Assembly: GCF_032062105.1 (NCBI RefSeq)
Contig: NW_026925750.1
Location: forward strand, 1-64,000
Reading direction: 5' to 3'
Source of the DNA: Saccostrea cucullata
Taxonomy: Eukaryota
DNA length: 64,000 nucleotides
Shown here: positions 1 through 13,565 of the stretch, one piece after another
Numbering within the stretch: position 1 is the stretch's first letter
Layout: each line of letters opens with the position of its first letter
Notes under the pieces: generated by a model
Database searches by the model: none
What the model was told of the DNA's origin: nothing
What the model saw: only the letters and a program-made list of their open reading frames with translations
Made by a program: the position numbers and the translations under genes

Positions 1-1120
1 TATCAGATATCATTTTTACAAAAAAGTAGGTCAAGATGATTTACTTTATGTATTTTACAAGTATTCATATACATTTGGAAAGAAAGTTCATGGCTATTTT
101 TTTAACATTTCAGATACTAATAATTGGCTAGGAACCCGCTAACTTTGTCATTTGATGCATCTCGGGTCTTTGGAGTGTGTCAAATGAAAAGTAGGTCACA
201 TTGACCGACTCTAGGAATTGCACTGCTAAATTTTAATATTTTAAACTCTGAAACCTAAGAGCATCAAATGTCCTGATTGGGAAAATACATCTCGTTAGCC
301 AAAGGTTTCCGATCCGAAATCTACCTGAATTTACTGTAGAGTAGATTTTGGATCGGAAACCCTTGGCTAGCGAAGATGGGAAAATACAGCTTTTATCATT
401 TCTATCTGTTGCAATCAAAATATTTGATGATAGACAAGTTGACTCTACGTGTAAAAAAAACATTGAGTTGACAATCCGTTTGAAGCTTATTTTCATTTCA
501 TCCAAGCTGTGGCAATGTTTTTCTTAAAGACAAATGATTTTAATCCCAAATATTTTGAAAAATATGTAGAGTTTTCTATCTAATTTTGAAAGGCGCGCTC
601 CAGTCATAAGATAGAGATCATGGAGATTATATAGTCAGACCATTCTTTCAGGGTAAGTCCATTTGATGTTAAGGGGTGGATGTAGGTATTCATTCGTGGT
701 AAATGACCAGATTTTATTGACAACTTTCGATTTAATAACATTAAACAATATGATTACAAAGCTTTATTAAGTAAAGTCAGATCAGTAAACAGAAATAAAG
801 TATTATAGTAGTTTAATTTTTACACATGTACGATGATAAGTATGCAATTTAACGCAATGCAATGAAATGCATGATCATATTTCAGACAGTAAAAAAAGTA
901 TGAAAAAAAAACATAACTGAAAAGTTAACATATTACCAATGAACAGAAAACAGGAAATAGAGATTATCGAATTGCAGAAAGTTCATTATCATTAAAATTA
1001 ATATGAAAAGAATGAAAGAGTATTATCACAATTCATAATTCTTGACATTTAATGATCAATGAAATCTACAAGACATTAAAAAATAAATAAATTTCCCTGC
1101 ATCTTTTCTTAAAATTAGTC

Positions 1121-4100
1121 TTAGTACCACGGGGTCGTTGTTGTGGTCGTGGTCCAGTCGTTCACGTCCTCCATTCTTTTGACTATGAAGAGGGCAATGA
1201 GGATGACAACACAGATGAGACCGATTCCAAGCGAAGTCAAGGTCAACCATTTAGCCACTCCAGCACTGGATCGTCCGCCGTCGTAGTCACCAACATCGAA
1301 CAGGGACCTTGCCTGAATAAGTAGTAATAATTCAATGTCTGTTGTATTGTTAATATAACAGCGATCTTAAGATGTATAACCTTTTTCAAGGATCTATGTT
1401 AGAAGTTAAATTTTTGTTGCATTTATTCTTGAAAGTTATTTATGTTCATGTAAATATTATTTAAGTTCCATCTAATTAAAATTAGACTTCTTAGATCCAC
1501 GCGGTATTTATTCTTACGCAAAGTGAACACGGCACGGATCTAAGAAGTCTTATTTTAATTAGATTGAAAATATGGTACATTGTTAGAGATCAAATTCCAT
1601 TTGTTTTATTGAACAGAAATATGATTTTTCAGTTTCATATTTAAATGTAATTGCATTGTAAAAGTAAAGTCATTGTTCAATGGATCAATCCATGTGCATT
1701 CCATCTCTCTGTCTATCTCTCTACATATATCTTGCTTTTATTCTTTTTTTTTTTTATAAAAGATGCACATCCTACATTGACGGCTGCAATAATGGCGCAG
1801 ATTCCAGTAGGCCAGAAGCAGCAGAGACACGAAAAAATGGCGGGAACCAGCCAGTCATTTCCTCTTGGTGGAGCAACCACAACAATAGGTGTAGGAGCAC
1901 TAGTTATCTAAGGATAAGAGTTAAATTCATCAAGTTATCTGTGCAGGGTTAGATTAGATCGGAAACTCTTAATGAATTTCAATCCTAATAATTATGTACA
2001 AGTACATGTACTATCATATTTGTAAATTTCATGTTTTGGACAAAATACATTTTAATTCCAAAATCACATGAGACTTATACAACGACATTTGAAGACGGGT
2101 TCGTCGTTGGGAAACCAGAAGTAAAACCCGCGGATTGTTGCTGGTCGTATGCAGGAAGTTGGTTGTACTCCGTATTGTGTGCTGAAATAGTGCTAACAAT
2201 GATAGTTTTGATGAAATTTAGGCATTTTAAAAAATACAGAGATCGTGATTGAAGAATTCTTTTAATTATACATATTACAGGTATAAAATTTTGATCGCCC
2301 TGTGCAGACCTTTCCTATCATATTCATTCATTGGTAATCTGATTAAAATCGGATCCTTTCTGTTCATCCGCTCACATACATCGCTACACAAGAATCCTTT
2401 TGTAGCGATCTATGTGAGCGGAACATATAATAAATATGATTTTACTCAGATTGTATGTATTATATAAATATTGCATGTAGTTGAGTGTTTGAGTGTAACA
2501 TTGAAAATTTTCACCCCAAGAAAGCATTGTCAAGTGAGGCGCATTGAAAATTTTCACCCCAAGAAAACATTGTCAAGCAATGTTACACTCATACATGGGC
2601 CATTTTCAGAAAAAGTCTACTTTTTTGTCTTTCGATCAGAAAAATAGGAAAAACATTTTTTAGAGTGAAAGTTTTTTTCCCGTTGGTTAATATACATGGT
2701 CATACAGCTTATAAGTTATTTTATGATCAAATTCTGAGTAAAATTTAACAGTAAAACCATGTCACATTAACAAAAATTTTATAACGTGCTAATTTAAATG
2801 ATAGGGAAAATAACCATGTGAAGATATGTACAAATTTTGCGACTCATATTAATTAAATTTATTTACAGATTAATTTAATATGATTGTTTTACTTATGCCG
2901 CCCACTAAATGCTAGTATTGTGCATTTAACATTCAGGAAGTGACATGTCCCTCCAGTTTATGTCATTCCTGTTACCAGAAAAAAAATGTTAAAATAAAAG
3001 TTATCTCACTTTCCTAGGAACTGTTTTCATGATCCACAATATATCATCATTTTCTGTTGTCTCAAGTTTATGAGCGCCATGATTTGAAAGTGATTAAATA
3101 AAGGGTTCAAAGGTCGATACGTTTGTCTTACTGATAGAGTATAATTAAAATACATCCTATCTGTTACCTTCTTAATATGCAAGTACTCTTTAAATTGTTT
3201 ATTCTGCTAAAACAATTAGATTAACTAAGCTACAAAGAAATTGTTTATGTCTATGATGCAAAAAGATACGTTATACTAAATAACGAGTGATTTATATGAA
3301 TAACGTCCATCCTGTTACTGTCATTCCTGTTACCATTAATATGGTAACAGTAAGGAAAACTGGACTTCATATCTTGAGTTTTAACAATAAAAACAATTAC
3401 TTTTATTTTTCTAAGAAATAAAAGTTTAATAACACATGTTAAAAAACTTCGTAAATCATATTGAAATATGTTAGTGCTTAAAATAGTGCCATTACTACTT
3501 AAACATGCACTCTTGTAACAGAATGGACAGAGATTGTAACATATAGGGACAAATTATCCTGTATTTATATACCGATTTAAGTTTTATCATTTGTTTTTCT
3601 TAAAATTATGAAAAATTCTTATTTTGCAACAGCATAGAGTACCTTTAAAAAACAAAAATTGAAGTGATAAATATTTTAATAGCACTCTACAATTAAATTT
3701 GTGGACATAAATGTCTTTTATTGTCTCGAATTTGCCAGATTTGACAAAATCATGTTTTTATTCTACATTTATTTCTCTTTTCCTAAACAATAAAGTTAAA
3801 AAAAGTCAATTTTTATTTAAAATGTAGATTTCATTGTCTATCCTGTTACACTGATTTGTCCATCCTGTTACTGTTTTGTCCTTCCTGTTACCCAAGTCCT
3901 TACTGTTACCAGTATATTTTCCTAGTTTAAATTGCTTTGGCAGAGCACCTGTTTAAATAACTTTATGTAACTGTTTATTCTAATCACAAAAATAATGTAC
4001 AACAATTTTTTTTTTCAACTATAGCATATAGATATTCACCATAAGGCTTTTCATGAAGAAAAACCCATAGATTTTGCTTCTGTTTGGTATATGGTAGTTT

Positions 4101-6658
4101 GACATGCTTTTAAACGATCATATATTAGATGAATGTCAAACATCTTGGCATTCAATGATATTTTTTTCATTTTTTAATGATATACAAAAGATTATTTGAT
4201 AAAAATTTTGAAATAGAGTTTTACAGCTCTTTTTATGAAAGTAACAGGAAGGACATTAAAATTTAAATGACTAAGATAAAATGTCAATATTTTTAAAAAG
4301 AAATATTTTCTTTTATGCAATGCAGTGGATTTTAGGAGTTTATTACTATATTATTCAAATAAAGTTGAAAAAATTATAGTAAAACCACTTTCATTTTTCA
4401 AAAATATGTCATTCAAAAAATAGACTTTTTTTGAAAATGACCCACATGCAATATTTATTATATTATACTGAATGTTTTATACAAATACATATAACAGTGA
4501 ACCGTGAGCGCATAAATTCAACACAGTTGCTTTTTTTTGGAATATCACCCGTAGTTAATCAATGTTGACTGTTGCTAACTTGCTACGCTGGAGGGCGTGG
4601 CTTCATTATTCAGCGGGTAATAGTGTTTTTTAATAAATGTTTCTCGACCAATCAGATTCATCTAATTTACATGCACATGAAAGTATAATATTGATAAATA
4701 TAAATAGGACGTCTGCTTCCGGAACTAAAATGAATGTTATAAGTACGCCATTTAAACAGATTTTAATAACAAGTAAGAAATTAACTATTGGGGGTACAAT
4801 GTATTTTTATCGAGTTTATTTGGGATAGGTCAACCTATCCTTTTGATATGTTTCATGAGGAGGTTTTACAAATCCCCCCCCCCCCTTTGTTTTAAATGAG
4901 ATGAAGTATTGTGTCTCTAATTAACAGTTTAAATAAATATATTTTGAGATCATTAATGAATAATAACAGGTTAAGGGTAGCATTCACAAATTATCCAATG
5001 CATTTATATATCAAATGCGTGATTCCTTTGTCATGATACAGAACTGAATTGAATGTACATGTAAAACTCAACAATCGGAAAATTTTGTCTATTTACTAGA
5101 CATTCATTTTTTTTCCTATGAAGCACATATTTATATATTTTTAAAAGGGTAACAATACAGCTTATGTTAAGGAACTGCAAGCATATTGGGATCAGGCAAA
5201 AATATCATTAAAAAATCTGAATGGATGAGCAAGAAAAAAGTAATATACATACTCTTAAAAATCTAATCCTTAACCGTCGTTTAGATGGAATTATGGGGAA
5301 AGGGGTGTAAATGTCTTTTTTATATAGAAAATGGCCAAACAAGTTCCAAATAAAACAAAAGTGACACAAAATAGGCCGGATTTACATGTCATTCCTGGCA
5401 TGACAAAATTAATATAAGCATTGCAAGGTCAAAATTGTCCTCGTTTACAACTCATTCACGATCAAGTTCAAAATTATCCAATTTCGCTATTGTTTATTTT
5501 GATTAAATAAAAAAACATTTTCATGTTGATGATTTGTTGTTTGTCTGCAATTGTTTTATATATGCAATTTATAAAGTTTACAAAATCGAATGTTTTACAT
5601 TCAATGTCTGAAATGTAAATAATTCCTGTTTATTTTACCTTGTCATTAAAGTTGCAAGAATTTAATTAATCTAACTGGGTTTTATTTGCATTTGACCCTA
5701 ACAACGTTGAGCTCGAGGTTGCCGAGGTCGAGTATGTACCAATAGAATTTATAAGTATCGACCTTATTTCTTTGATTGCTAATGACCGAGAGTCACTCTC
5801 ACTTTCTTCAAAGATCCTGGGCATAATATATTAAGTGTTTTCATTCGTCCATCGTGAATAGTCATATCAAAAAAGCAAAGATGTCCTAAATGAATTCTAA
5901 TAGAACATTCTGAACCGTTTGTAAATAAATTGGTTATTTTATCAACTTTTTACCAAATTTTAGATACATTTTAGTCACATCGTTATTGGTTTGATGAACA
6001 ATGACTGTAGTGGATACTGATTCTTTTCAGTGATAGAACCATTTCCAGGTTAGTTTGGACTTTCAGTAAAGCGTGACATTCTTGTGCGCTATGTAGTACG
6101 TAATAAGCGTCTGTCAAATGGCATATAGATTCCCATCGGTTTAGAAATCAATAACATCAGGAACTTAAAATGTTATTGACAACGATGAGACGACTTAAGC
6201 TTCACCTCTTTGCCGGACGAGACACCATTATTGGTTAATTTTCGATACACTAATTCGCAATTACATGTATGTAACGACGAGAATGCCATGCCTTACTGAA
6301 AGTCCGGACTAACCTGGAAATGGTTCTATTTTGAACAATGCACATCAAGTGTATAATATTTAAAATAGTAGGACATAATTCTAATTAAAAAAAAACATAT
6401 TTATAACGACGAAATTCTATTTCAGTCAACATAATTAAGGTAATTTCTTGTAAATCTTATGTACATGTATATATGCATCCTTGTTCTATACTCGTGAATA
6501 ACCAGCAATCATACATTTTGTTTTTTGGTTAAATCAAGCTCAGTGTTAATTTTACCCTTCTCTTTGTTTCATTGATATTTAGTATTTTATTTACAAGTAA
6601 TACGTACAAGGATAAACCAATACTCACGATCTCCTTCTATTTTTTGTCCACTAAACAT
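1121..6658 (-). CDS. CD225/dispanin family membrane protein (IFITM/PRRT1-like), copy A, ~151 aa
   Basis: Exons 6658-6628 (MFSGQKIEGD, donor gtgagt), 2181-2081, 1907-1776 (DWLVPAIFSCLCCFWPTGICAIIAAVN) and 1312-1121 (ARSLFDVGDYDGGRSSAGVAKWLTLTSLGIG...PWY*). Phases are consistent with GT-AG introns. The CD225 core shows a CC motif, a G-D-x-x-G loop and a C-terminal TM helix. No equivalent of the 42-nt exon 2 of copy B was found; that exon is symmetric and skippable. Confidence 0.85.
2463..4700. mobile_element. Hairpin-bearing non-autonomous element (Crypton/Helentron-like) interrupted by the Sola-like element
   Basis: Palindrome ataaatattgcatgta..gagtgtaacattg / caatgttacactc..tacatgcaatatttat spans the insertion; inverted motif pair 4452-4468 / 4683-4700. 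Confidence 0.5.
2597..4443. mobile_element. Non-autonomous TIR DNA transposon, Sola-like (4-bp TSD)
   Basis: TIRs gggccattttcagaaaaagtcta / tagactttttttgaaaatgaccc; flanking direct repeat ACAT (2593-2596, 4444-4447); many internal TCCTGTTAC motifs. Confidence 0.75.
6033..6329. mobile_element. MITE
   Basis: TIR atagaaccatttccaggttagt..ggactttcagtaa / ttactgaaagtcc..actaacctggaaatggttctat. Confidence 0.8.
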
Positions 6659-6797
6659 CTTTGTTCTGCTTCAGAATTTCTATTTATCACAATAAATGTA
6701 TTTTAAACTGTAAACATAAATTCTTGTTTCTGAATCAAAACACTTTTCTTAATATACTGGCAAATGCTTGTTCAAAATCATGTCAACTTTCTTTGTA

Positions 6798-6833
6798 CGC
6801 TTTACTGTTGTATGTTTTATCCGGAAATAAATA
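6798..6833 (-). promoter_or_regulatory. Conserved proximal promoter block of CD225 copy A (ETS-like CCGGAAAT)
   Basis: cgctttactg...tttatccggaaataaata is conserved with cgcttcactg...tttacccggaagtaaata at 24599-24633, at the equivalent position upstream of exon 1 of copy B. Confidence 0.45.
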
Positions 6834-7017
6834 TCAATGGGGTTGAGTGATAGTAAGTAATAGTATAATCAACCAGTTGTACCTTCTCCTCTTTTGGGAA
6901 GTCACGTATTTTAAAAAGACTTAAATATAAAAAATATTGACAATTGAAATGCAAAGTTTTCACCCATAGTTTCCTTTCCAAAGACAAAATCATGTCAGTT
7001 TTAATTAATTTTTGATA

Positions 7018-8753
7018 CGAGGGTTGATCCAAAAGAAATGTCACAACTTTGATAAAATTGTTATAAATTGACGTAAAACAACATTTATACATTATGAAAG
7101 CTTTATTTATTGCTGATCAGACCTGAAAAAGTCAAAGGAATGTGATGTATACTTTTCAAAATATCAGATTTTTAACAATTTGCGTTTATGGTAGTCGCCG
7201 CACCTAAGTATAACGTCACATGACGGATACGCACCGTCATTTTTTTTAAGCGTTTCCCCTTCTTTTCCTTTAAAAGTATCTTTGAATCGCAAGCACTTTT
7301 ATCAATTTCACTTTTTAAAAGAATTCTAGGTACTATTATACACGCACCTTTTTCATAATTTAGCCCTCTATGAAAATGTTTTGAACAGTAGCATATGACA
7401 AACTTGAAAATTCACGTCACTCTATCCGTCTGTCATTTTGACAGTCAGACACCATAGAAGTGTGATATCATGAAATCTATTTCTATATGTATTTATTCGT
7501 TTTTATTTATTTTTTTATATCGTTTTGAGAAATAAAATCTTAAAATTTGATTAACTAAAAGTTCTATTGCGCACCTGGATTGAGTTGCTTGAGTAAAGTT
7601 TTATTCTATGATTTCATTGGCTCTTTCATTTGATTGGTTATTTGCTATTTTTTCATCCAATAATACATTTTCATTATAAGTATAAATTTACCGCGCTTTA
7701 CCTTGTAAATAAGAGCAGTAATACGTTTTCCAGAAAGAAGTATATTTTAAATCCATTGTCCATCATACGCATCTTATGGTATGTAACTTGTATATTTGAT
7801 TATGTGTTTCATTGCCATAATAAAGATTTGATTTACGTTATCATTTTGATTGCAAACGTTTTACTTTATTGTATTTTTGCATTCAAAGTTGTAACTGAAT
7901 AGTAATGAGTCTGTAAGATTTCAATTTGAATTGTTTACAGTACACATTTTTTCATGGAGTTTATTTTTTCTTAAACGTATACTGTAGGTAAATTATCTCA
8001 TATGTTATTTTCTCAATTTTTGTAATTTTGACTTATTATGTACTTTGTTTATATTAGATCAATGCCTTTAATTCCTGAATAAATTATGAAAACATAACAT
8101 CTGCCTTACTGCTCGGTTACAGAAGGTTTCCGTCCGATCTCCTATCTTTCGGTCTTCTTGTCCTCTACTGATAACTCAAAGACCCATCACCCGCCCAAAA
8201 TTGCTTAAACTCTCTATAAAGAAGTCTGTTATTTACATTCTTTATTCTGTGAGTCTGATTAATTAACGTTACTCTCGCTGGCGATGATTCCCATATTTGG
8301 AAGCAAAAATGTATTACAACTATTCGAGCTGCTTTTCCTCATTTTGACATTAATCTCTTTGTTCAATTCATCCGATTAAAACAACAATGTTCATGATCAA
8401 AAATATCAAAGCCGTCATTTAATTTTCAATTAAAGACTAGAAAATGGCGTGAATTGTGGTCTTTTAACATTTGGTAGATAAGGTGCTTTTTTAAGAATCT
8501 TTTTAATGTGTTTGTCTTTTTCATTCTAAGAGAAAAATATATTTTAAAACGTGACGTTCAGTTGTGACGCGGCGACACCCCCATGCTATATGTTTTAAAC
8601 ATCTATATGATAAATTCAAATAAACATAATTGAATGAAAATTCAATGTTAATTAGATTTATATATTTTCATCTTTTGGTATATTGTATATTATAATGTGA
8701 CGCCAAATATAAAAGAAATGGACACTGTGACATTACTTTTGGATCAACCCTCG
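7018..8753. mobile_element. Non-autonomous Tc1/mariner-like element
   Basis: TA-flanked TIRs cgagggttgatccaaaag.aatgtcaca / tgtgacatt.cttttggatcaaccctcg; no transposase ORF. Confidence 0.8.
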
Positions 8754-9049
8754 TATATCCAACAATCAAAATGAAATTGAATGACTATACCTTTACTTGA
8801 TTTCTTAAGTTCATACAAACAATGATACGTAGTGAGTTCCATTAAATGTTCTTTCGAGCCTTTTTCTTCACTACTCACTAGAAAATCAACAGACATAGAG
8901 GAGTAACTTAAATTTAGGCGCACTATATAAAAAAATATTGGAGAAGTTGTATAAATCAGAATGATGTGGATACTTTACACTCAAAAATTTAAAGAAAAGA
9001 TATCACAAAGGTTTACAGAGGCAATAACATCACATGTATATCTTTTCAG

Positions 9050-10330
9050 CAATTTGCATAACTATTCCCTGGGATAAATTAAAGTCCTGGTTTATTTAAA
9101 ATCATAGACAGCTACTTTTGCAAGAACAATTGAACTCGTTTATTACCTACTCTTTTCATTGGTAATTTGCAAAAAGGTTTCTTGTTGAAAAAGTCAAATA
9201 CTAGTATTGAAGCTTCGGTTTTCATCAACAATATCTCTGTAGTTTTGGAGATCTTCCATCAACCTGTTGGAATTTCCATGGGTACCAATTGCGCCCCGTT
9301 GTTAGCCTCTGTTGTATTTATGTAAACCAGAATTAATTTTAAAAATTCTTCATGAGTAAAAGAAAACACTTGCTATGGTCTTCAACTCGACATTAAGATA
9401 TATCGATGACATATCATTAAAAAGAATTAAATAATTCATATGTAAATTCGATCTATCCCGGAGAACTTGAAATTAAAAGCCACAGAGTCTGGTACATTTA
9501 TTTAATATTTAGTTATTTTACTTTTTCAAAAAAAGGGGGGGGGTTAGAGATTACTTTAAAACAAACTCTTTTTCTTTTTCCCATTTATTAACCATCCTTT
9601 CTGTTTCAGCAATACAATCGCCCCTTTTTCGAAAGGTCTTTGTTCTAACCATGGCCGCGATTGACCTACGTGGATGATATATAGGGAGCAATTATTCCTT
9701 CGACAAGAGCTCGACACTTTAAGTAAAAGTCGCAGGCTAAAAAAAAAAACTAGACTCCATGTAACAGCAGGCGTTAACATGATAAAGATTCATTACAGCT
9801 GAATGGCTCTGAGTTTCGAGTAAAGGTCTAAATTTAGAATTGGACGTAAAACAAGATTCAATAAATCAATCTAGCAATCACCAATATATAGCTGATACGT
9901 ATATGGAGTTAATGTGTCCCAATTGAATCGATACGCAAGAACATGCTCTGCGTTTTAAAAAACACAAGATCAAACTTTCAAGTTTGAAAAGGAGGCAAGC
10001 TTTTAACCAACTACTGGTAGATGAAGAAACAAACAAATATTAAAAGTCTCGTTTGAAGTTATCATTTTTCAAGGTCTATGGTCGATACAATGAGCTTAAT
10101 TATCAGCAAATACAATCTATCATGAGGTCTAATGCTTTTTTTATTATACTTACTGTAAGGTGATTATTTACACATCTAAATTTCTACAGATCAATCCATG
10201 TACCAGATTATGACATGAGCACATGGTGGGTGTGACAGGCTTACAGGGGATGCTTAATCTTCCATTGCACCTAATCCCGCCTCCGATGCATTTAGAGGTT
10301 CATCTTTGCTCTCCTGTGGATTTGCATCAT
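9050..10330 (+). mobile_element. Decayed Penelope-like retroelement RT fragment with a nested SINE-like piece (~9640-9830)
   Basis: GISMGTNCAPLLA at 9269-9307 and RYIDD at ~9396-9410 (RT motifs), YPGELEIK, plus a Penelope-like 3' tail ggtgtgac...caggggatgctta; frameshifted. Confidence 0.7.
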
Positions 10331-12306
10331 ATTTAAATCATCTTAAGCTTTATACTGTTTGTTTACTCCATATTATCACAAATAAACATTTGGATTTTCA
10401 AAATTATGCAATTCTATTAATAATGATCATGCCTACTTTATGTTTGGCGGAAATTCAATAGCTATTGTACCTGTTGATACGCTTCAGTAGATTGTTTTCA
10501 TAATTCATAAATTGTCAATTCCTGAGAGCAGTTTAAAACCTAAGGAACGCGACATAACAATCAACTGATATCACATCTTCTGTCTACACAAGACCCTCTG
10601 TTCCCATAAAGACGTGATAAATGATAATGCAATTTGGGACATTCTCTAAAATTGATGAAAATACATTAAAACATGTAAAAACATTTCATAATCTGTTGTA
10701 ATTTACGAGTATTGTTCATCCTAGATTTACGCACTACATTGCATATCATGGTGTCGGAAACCAGATGCTTATGAGAATTCGTCACTAGTGCACCAAAGGT
10801 GGGGTTTTCCAAATTTTGCTGTCATGTATTTCACCTCTGTTTTTATTTTAATTAATTCTTTATTCACAGAACCAATTGAGCAAAATAAGACTATCATCTC
10901 ATAATTCAACCAAAGAAAGTTTTCGTTATAAAAATATCTGACACGAAAACCGAATATGTGAACCCTGTATATCTCGAATTACATTTTGTATTGCGTATAA
11001 AATTATATTTGTATACTGGAAAATATACAATTATCCACATGTATGTTCTAATTTACATTCTATAGTAGTTACACAATTGTTATGGTTATTATGATGCTAA
11101 TGAGACTGCATCACCATCGCAATGAGTGAAGTTTCCCAAATGTTGTTTCATCTGTATGTACTAGTATTCAAAGCCTCTTATTTTAATAATTTTAATGTGG
11201 TATTCTTTTTTTCGGGGGTGGGGGGGGGGGGGGGTATTGCAAACGTTTTCATTTGTTTTGATACTTTTAAAATTATTCTGGAAGTTTGACTGTGGCCAAT
11301 TTAGATAACCTGAGTCGATACCTCTTTTACCACCATCGTTGATGTTCCTGGCATACTAACTAAACAGCGATTCCTTATATTTCCATTTCATTGTGAAATA
11401 AAATTGAAGATTAAGAATTTAAAAATGAAGACATTAATTCTCGCTCACTGACGTCAAACACATAGACAGCTTCGCAAGAAATTAAGTATCGTCATGTATG
11501 CACTTACAATAAATGCCACAATCAACCATCAAATGTGGTGTTTGTGCGACTCTTCAGATCCTATACAGGTTTGGCTAAGTAATATTGGTAGCCATGCGTA
11601 AAATCACTTATCATCATTGGACCTGAAAACATACAAGTGAAACCGTTTTAATTAAATAACGATGGAAATTTTAACGATTGTCACTCAAAAAATACGTTTT
11701 CCGACTTTCTCAAGGTTTCTTTTATTATCATGAAATATATGAAGATATTAAACAAGCAGTTTTTAAAGTAGAAAGGTCCATTAAAAAATGTAAATCGGGT
11801 GCAAAGCAAATAATATCCCCCACTTTTCAAGCGGGGGACAACAAGGGCCTCTGGAACATCAACAGTGGGATCAGGTGCCATATAGCATTCAGAGAGGTGG
11901 ATTTTACTCGTAGCGCTTCATTTCTTAAAAGTAATGGGCCTCGGCTCCATTACTTTTAAAGCGCTACTCGAACATTAACATTAACCCTTACGTAAATAAT
12001 GGTCTAACAAATGAAAAAGGTTAGTCAGAATATAATTAGACTTAATGATAGATTGTGCTTGCTGACAAGGTTAAAGTATCGAGCATAGAACTTTTGAAAA
12101 GATTACTCTGAACGAGAATATTCATAATTCTTGTTTTATCAACTTACATGTATTTGTCAGAGATATTTTGATCGATACAATTGAAATAATTTGAAAAGAA
12201 AATAATATATATTCCGCCAGATATTTATCAAAAGTACCAATAACTTCCTAACTGGGATGACGGAGCATAGGTCAAAACTGAGAAATTCCCCTACAATATG
12301 TACATA

Positions 12307-12513
12307 CTGTGGTTTCATCAATTTTGGTTGCCATCAATTTTCGTGGAATTTGGAAAACAGACGTTTTCGAGGATACGTAATTTCGTGGACGAAGGCATTG
12401 TCTATACAAATGAATATCATATTTCTCAATTTAATGAACATTTAATTTCGTGGATCTGCTCAACAACGAATTCCTCGAAAATTGGTTCTCAACGAATATC
12501 GATGAAACCACAG
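12307..12513. mobile_element. TA-flanked MITE
   Basis: TIR ctgtggtttcatc / gatgaaaccacag flanked by TA. Confidence 0.75.
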
Positions 12514-13565
12514 TAAGTTATAATGGCTGTAATGGTTACATGTCCTACAATATATGGTGCTTAAACATATATTATAGAAATTTAAACGTACAATTAAATT
12601 ATTTGTTTTAGAATTTCAAATGCCAAATAGTAACATAATAATACCGCTTTGTATGAAAGACATCTATTCTAAAGAAGCGTGTCATCATCATTTGAAAAAA
12701 ATGACGTCAAAATACACGCCAAAAAGTAGCAAGATTCATTATATACCCGGTATTAAATTCTATAATGTTTTCAGGAAAACGCTTAAACAAACTTTGATAA
12801 TGGAGTATTATTACGATTTTATGATTAGTTTGAGAGCTATAAAATGATATGACAGAAGAATTTTTAAGAGCCGTTGTTTTTGACTTTACAATTTGTACGT
12901 GCTCTGTGGTAACAAGACATTAAGATATTCCTTAATCAAGGGAAACTATTTTCAATTTGAAGCCTGCTTCTGAATAATTTTAATTACTATCTCATTCATT
13001 TTTTCAAGCGTTTATAAACACATTTATTTTGTTGATGTATAAGGTTTCATTCCTTTTATTTAATGTTACTCAGCAGCATTAACTTTTTAAGTTACCACTA
13101 TTTTTCCTACCATAATTTTGATCAGAAACCACTTCCGATAGTATTTAAAACATCGACACAATATGGGTGAATTTAACCTTTATTGATACAAATATTAGAG
13201 CAATGAACAAAAGTCAAAAGATATTAGTGGCTCGGACTTCATTACGATGAATTTTAAATTCAGAAAAAAATATATATATTTATATATATATAGTGTTCAG
13301 GATACAATATGTTTCTCAGAGAAGATGAAAACAAATACATCACTGGCTAAATACAAAAAGCAAACTAACATCGATACATGTACGAAAAAAACGAAATATA
13401 CTGATGCTGATGTGTCTATGAATGATATTACCTCATCATGTTTTGGAAACAATGAATTACAGTGCATAAACTCAGTTCAGAACTACTTATTTGACATATC
13501 CGAATAATCACTCAATATAAAACAATCAAGAGGAATTCCACTGGAAACGATTTCGTTGTTTGTTG

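Noticed and set aside
1651-1952. Plus-strand ORFs here and at 13963-14232
   Set aside because: Antisense shadows of the minus-strand CD225 exons.
7018-8753. Autonomous transposase genes in the larger TIR elements
   Set aside because: No long ORF or DDE motif in any frame.
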